Shown one piece after another: positions 28,501-32,000 of a stretch of DNA of 32,000 nucleotides (positions are counted from its first letter, which is position 1; each line of letters opens with the position of its first letter). A model generated the notes under the pieces. The model had not been told where the DNA came from. It ran no database searches and worked only from the letters and a program-made list of their open reading frames with translations. Location: positions 1 to 32,000 of the forward strand of contig JBHLRO010000022.1 in assembly GCA_048882505.1 (NCBI GenBank), written 5' to 3'. Both the position numbers and the translations under genes were made by a program. Source of the stretch: Candidatus Thorarchaeota archaeon (GTDB taxonomy: Archaea; Asgardarchaeota; Heimdallarchaeia; Hodarchaeales; Hodarchaeaceae).

Positions 28501-28599
28501 TTGAATTTGAGATATTCAAAGATATAATGAGAGCTAACAGCATTTTGGCTGTTAATCTAGCACATCTTCGTAGTTCTTATCCAAGTTAACAATTGTTAA
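28501..28599. promoter_or_regulatory. Cluster of three palindromes in the divergent sufB/htpG promoter region
   Basis: TTGAAT-N7-ATTCAA (28501-28519), TAACAGC-N6-GCTGTTA (28535-28554), TTAACAATTGTTAA (28586-28599). Confidence 0.45.
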
Positions 28600-28763
28600 A
28601 TCCCTATAAAAATTCTTTGGTTCGGTTCTATTATGGCCGCAAATGTATGATTCATGGGATTAGGGAAAAACACCGATTGGGATCGGTTATGATATGACCA
28701 CAATCACTCGAATTACGGGAAGAAATCACTTGGTAAAAAACCATTCGATTGGAGAGGCAATTC

Positions 28764-30665
28764 ATGAGTACTGAAGGTAAAGTCACAGTTGAAACTTTTA
28801 AATTCCAAGCAGAGATTCAAAAGGTACTAGACATACTAATAAATCGATTATACAAGAATAGAGAAATTTTTCTACGTGAATTAATCTCTAACGCAGCTGA
28901 CGCCTTACATAAGTTCCGTATCAAACGCTTCGAGGCATCAGAAGAGATTCTGGATTCTGATGAAGAATTGGCGATCCACATACTTTTTGATGAGGATGAA
29001 AAGACTATTAGTGTAATTGATAACGGCCTGGGGATGGATTATGAAGAAATTGTCGAAAATTTAGGTACCATTGCACAGAGTGGAACCCTAGAGTTCTTCA
29101 ATCAACTAGAAAAGTCCGCGGACGCTATAAATCTGATTGGTCAATTTGGAGTGGGCTTTTACAGTTCCTTTATTGTTTCCGATGAAGTAGTGGTTAGATC
29201 TCGGTCCTATAAGGAAGACGCCGAAGGGGTTGAATGGAAATCTCAAGGAACGGGAGAATTCACTGTTTCCCATTATGAAAAATCTGATCGTGGAACTGAG
29301 GTCATTCTTCACCTCAAAGAAGACGCCAACGAATTTCTGAATAAATTTAAATTGGAAGGAATCATCAAGAAATACAGCGACTTCGTCGGTTTCCCAATTC
29401 GGATCGGAGACGATGAAAAAATCATTAATCGGCAGACTCCCATTTGGCACCAGTCCGAAGATTCAATAGAAGAAACAGATTACAACGAATTTTATCGCCA
29501 AATTTCTATGGACTTCACCGAACCCTTACATCGTATTCATTTTAGTGTGGATGCCCCTATCCAGTTTCGAGCCCTTTTATTTCTTCCCAGCCAGCGAAAT
29601 CGGATGATGATGACTAATCTGTATTCGGATTATGGTTTGCGCTTGTATAGCAAGAAAATCCTGGTTCAAGAAAAAGCCAAGGATCTACTACCGGAATATT
29701 TACGATTTGTGGTTGGAGTAGTTGATTCAGAGGATCTTCCGCTTAATGTCTCTAGGGAGGTAATCCAGGTAGATCGTTCTATAAGGAGGATTTCGAAGGT
29801 TTTAACTTCCAAAGTACTTGATGAACTGGAAAAGATTGCAGATGATGATGAAGATAAGTATTTGGAATGGTGGCAGCAGTTTGGGGTTTTCATAAAAGAA
29901 GGGCTGACCTCTGACCAGAAAAGAAAGCAAAAACTGCTTAAACATTTGAGAGTCTATACATCAAAATCTACCGATAAACAAATTACATTGGATCAATATC
30001 TAAAAAACACGCCCAAGGAACAGGAGGAGGTTTTTTATCTCCTTGGCGAAAACTTAGATACCCTTAAGAGGAGTCCACATCTGGAACACTATAATAAACT
30101 TGATCAAGAAGTTATCCTTTTTGATGAACCGGTTGATACTTTCGTTATGACTCATATAACAGAGTATAAGGACAAAAAGTTCAAACTAGTAGATCAAGCG
30201 GAACCTGAACCCGAGTCTGAAGAAAAGAAGGAGGAGGAAGGCGAAACCAAGGAGAAGGAACCCGAAAAAGATAAACTATTATCAAAAATGCTCGAGGTAC
30301 TGGGAGACAGAGTTGTTGACGTTCGTTACACAGATCTTTTAACTGAAAGCCCGTGTCGGCTTGTAAGTCCAAGTGGAACCGGGACATTCACGCGAATGCT
30401 CAAGTATATGGACGAGAATTATATTCCCCAGAAGAAGATCCTTGAAATAAATCGTAATCATCCCTTAATAAAAGGGCTCGATCCTAAATCCCCTATGTTT
30501 TCGCTAAAGACGTTTATGTTGCTGGAAGGTCAAGAATTGTTGGAGGGAATCTTACAGAATCCCACGGACATGGTCTCGCGAATTCATGAATTAATGATGA
30601 CGAATGTCAGCTCACAGTTACAGGACAAGGGGAAGGCAGGAAAAAAGAAGTCAAAAAAGAAGTAA
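28764..30665 (+). CDS. htpG: Molecular chaperone HtpG (Hsp90)
   Basis: EIFLRELISNAADA, DNGLGM, LIGQFGVGFYSSF, RGTEVILHL, GVVDSEDLPLNVSRE, KILEINRNHPLI. ATG 28764 preceded by GGAGAGG. Confidence 0.97.
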   Translation: MSTEGKVTVETFKFQAEIQKVLDILINRLYKNREIFLRELISNAADALHKFRIKRFEASEEILDSDEELAIHILFDEDEKTISVIDNGLGMDYEEIVENLGTIAQSGTLEFFNQLEKSADAINLIGQFGVGFYSSFIVSDEVVVRSRSYKEDAEGVEWKSQGTGEFTVSHYEKSDRGTEVILHLKEDANEFLNKFKLEGIIKKYSDFVGFPIRIGDDEKIINRQTPIWHQSEDSIEETDYNEFYRQISMDFTEPLHRIHFSVDAPIQFRALLFLPSQRNRMMMTNLYSDYGLRLYSKKILVQEKAKDLLPEYLRFVVGVVDSEDLPLNVSREVIQVDRSIRRISKVLTSKVLDELEKIADDDEDKYLEWWQQFGVFIKEGLTSDQKRKQKLLKHLRVYTSKSTDKQITLDQYLKNTPKEQEEVFYLLGENLDTLKRSPHLEHYNKLDQEVILFDEPVDTFVMTHITEYKDKKFKLVDQAEPEPESEEKKEEEGETKEKEPEKDKLLSKMLEVLGDRVVDVRYTDLLTESPCRLVSPSGTGTFTRMLKYMDENYIPQKKILEINRNHPLIKGLDPKSPMFSLKTFMLLEGQELLEGILQNPTDMVSRIHELMMTNVSSQLQDKGKAGKKKSKKK

Positions 30666-30853
30666 ACTGGCAATTTTATTACGCCTCCTGCAAAATACAC
30701 CTCACCATAGTTTTCAGTCCAATTCCCATAAAAAAACTTCAACCGTGTACCAGGAATACAAGCTTCTTAATAGTGCGCCAAAATAAGTGGAAACAAGAAA
30801 AGCTACTGTCATTTCCATTGTGATATGCCTATTTGGTCTAAGGAATGGCTAAT

Positions 30854-32000
30854 ATGAGTGCAGAGAACTACGATGTCTTACTTATTGTGATCTTCGAGAT
30901 TGGAGCAGTTATAGTTTTCTCATTGTTGACTGCGAACATTTTGGGGAAGCGGGGAATTCCTCAAGTTTTGGGTTTGATTATCGGGGGTTTAGCGCTCCAA
31001 TTCATAGCTGTAACGGGATTTCCTTCACCTCCAACACCAGAAATTCATTTCATTATTACCACCTTTGCCCTCGGATTGATCGGATATCAGATCGGGGCGA
31101 ACTTAGATCTTTACAAACTGCGAGAGGCTTCTTGGGGTTTACCGTTAATTCTTTTGGGAGAAGCAATTGGAAGTTTGATCGCTGTCACGGTCGTTATGGT
31201 AATTATATTTCAAGATTTCATATTGGCTATACTATTGGGGACAATATCTATGGCTACCGCGCCCGCTTCTACATCCGAGGTAATACGTGAATATAAAGCC
31301 CATGGGTCTCTCAGTCAAACCGTTCTTTTTGTTGTAGCCTTTGATAACATCATAGCAATCATTTTTTTCAGCTTTGCTTTCGTTTCAGCTGAAGCTTTCT
31401 ATTCCTCCTCTGACTTATCCATATTTGATGCACTATTGCCTGTTGCCTGGGAAATTGGGGGAGCTGTAATTTTGGGAATTTTAATTGCGTTAATGATGCG
31501 TCCCATTCATATTGAAGGAGTGGAGGTATATCGAAGCGCAGAATATGTCTTTCCTGCAATTTTGATTTGTATTGCGCTTGCGGGGCTATTAGATTTTTCC
31601 GTAATGCTTAGTTGTATCGTTCTAGGGCTGACATTAAGTAATATGGCTCATTGTGAAGACATGGACTGCGTTAGATCAGTGGAACGGCTTAGTCAGCCTC
31701 TAATTGCCCTATTTTTCATTCTCGTGGGTTTTGAAATGGATTTAGCTCTACTGGTAACGCCTACCTTTGTCGGAATTCTTTTATACTTCCTCTCGCGCGC
31801 TGGAGGGAAATCATTGGGTGCTTATGCCAGTGCGAGGATTTCCAATCAACCAGAAAAAGTAACGACAAATTTACCTCTTACTCTCTATACGCAAGCCGGA
31901 GTAGCTCTCGGACTGGTTGCATTTGCATACTCAAGGTTGTCTGATATTGGAACAATCGAGGCAACTAGTGCCGCGCATCTTTTATTAGATATCATTATCG
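30854..32000 (+). CDS. Cation:proton antiporter (Na+/H+ exchanger superfamily), 3'-truncated by the window edge and absent from the ORF track
   Basis: Translated by hand; open from ATG 30845/30854 to the window end. Multiple TM helices, ATAPASTSEVIREYKAHG, VVAFDN, FFILVGFEM, RAGGK..GAY, QAGVALGL. Confidence 0.9.
   Translation, partial: MSAENYDVLLIVIFEIGAVIVFSLLTANILGKRGIPQVLGLIIGGLALQFIAVTGFPSPPTPEIHFIITTFALGLIGYQIGANLDLYKLREASWGLPLILLGEAIGSLIAVTVVMVIIFQDFILAILLGTISMATAPASTSEVIREYKAHGSLSQTVLFVVAFDNIIAIIFFSFAFVSAEAFYSSSDLSIFDALLPVAWEIGGAVILGILIALMMRPIHIEGVEVYRSAEYVFPAILICIALAGLLDFSVMLSCIVLGLTLSNMAHCEDMDCVRSVERLSQPLIALFFILVGFEMDLALLVTPTFVGILLYFLSRAGGKSLGAYASARISNQPEKVTTNLPLTLYTQAGVALGLVAFAYSRLSDIGTIEATSAAHLLLDIII

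Noticed and set aside
28422-28763. CIRCE element upstream of htpG
   Set aside because: No TTAGCACTC-N9-GAGTGCTAA match was found.
764-30786. Numerous 60-130 aa ORFs antisense to or nested in the major genes
   Set aside because: Shadow ORFs of well-supported genes, with no independent motifs.

Overview
Gene-dense prokaryotic window. It is probably archaeal and possibly Asgard/Heimdallarchaeia-like; this is an inference from TATA-like upstream elements, an oligo-T terminator, a tungsten-type AOR and the style of the TPR protein. 0-7.5 kb: metabolic and hypothetical genes (YjbQ, BtpA/SgcQ, aldehyde:ferredoxin oxidoreductase, membrane-anchored HEAT protein, wHTH regulator, alpha/beta hydrolase) plus a nested GAGTACCC repeat. 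7.7-18.4 kb: a methyltransferase island with three DNA amino-MTases of three motif orders (alpha/SPPY, beta/DPPF type III Mod, gamma/NPPW), a type III Res helicase with intact ATPase motifs but no recognisable nuclease domain, a TPR protein and a small-molecule SAM MTase. No nuclease is recognisable anywhere in the island. 18.7-22.2 kb: VOC protein, rhodanese-Nif3 fusion, GbsR/MarR regulator, flavodoxin. 22.5-28.4 kb: complete bacterial-style operon sufB-sufD-Rieske-sufS-sufU-sufC-nfu. 28.7-32 kb: divergent htpG (Hsp90) and a cation:proton antiporter running off the window edge. I found no rRNA, tRNA, CRISPR array, transposase or integrase. All family assignments come from motif recognition by eye, not from database searches.
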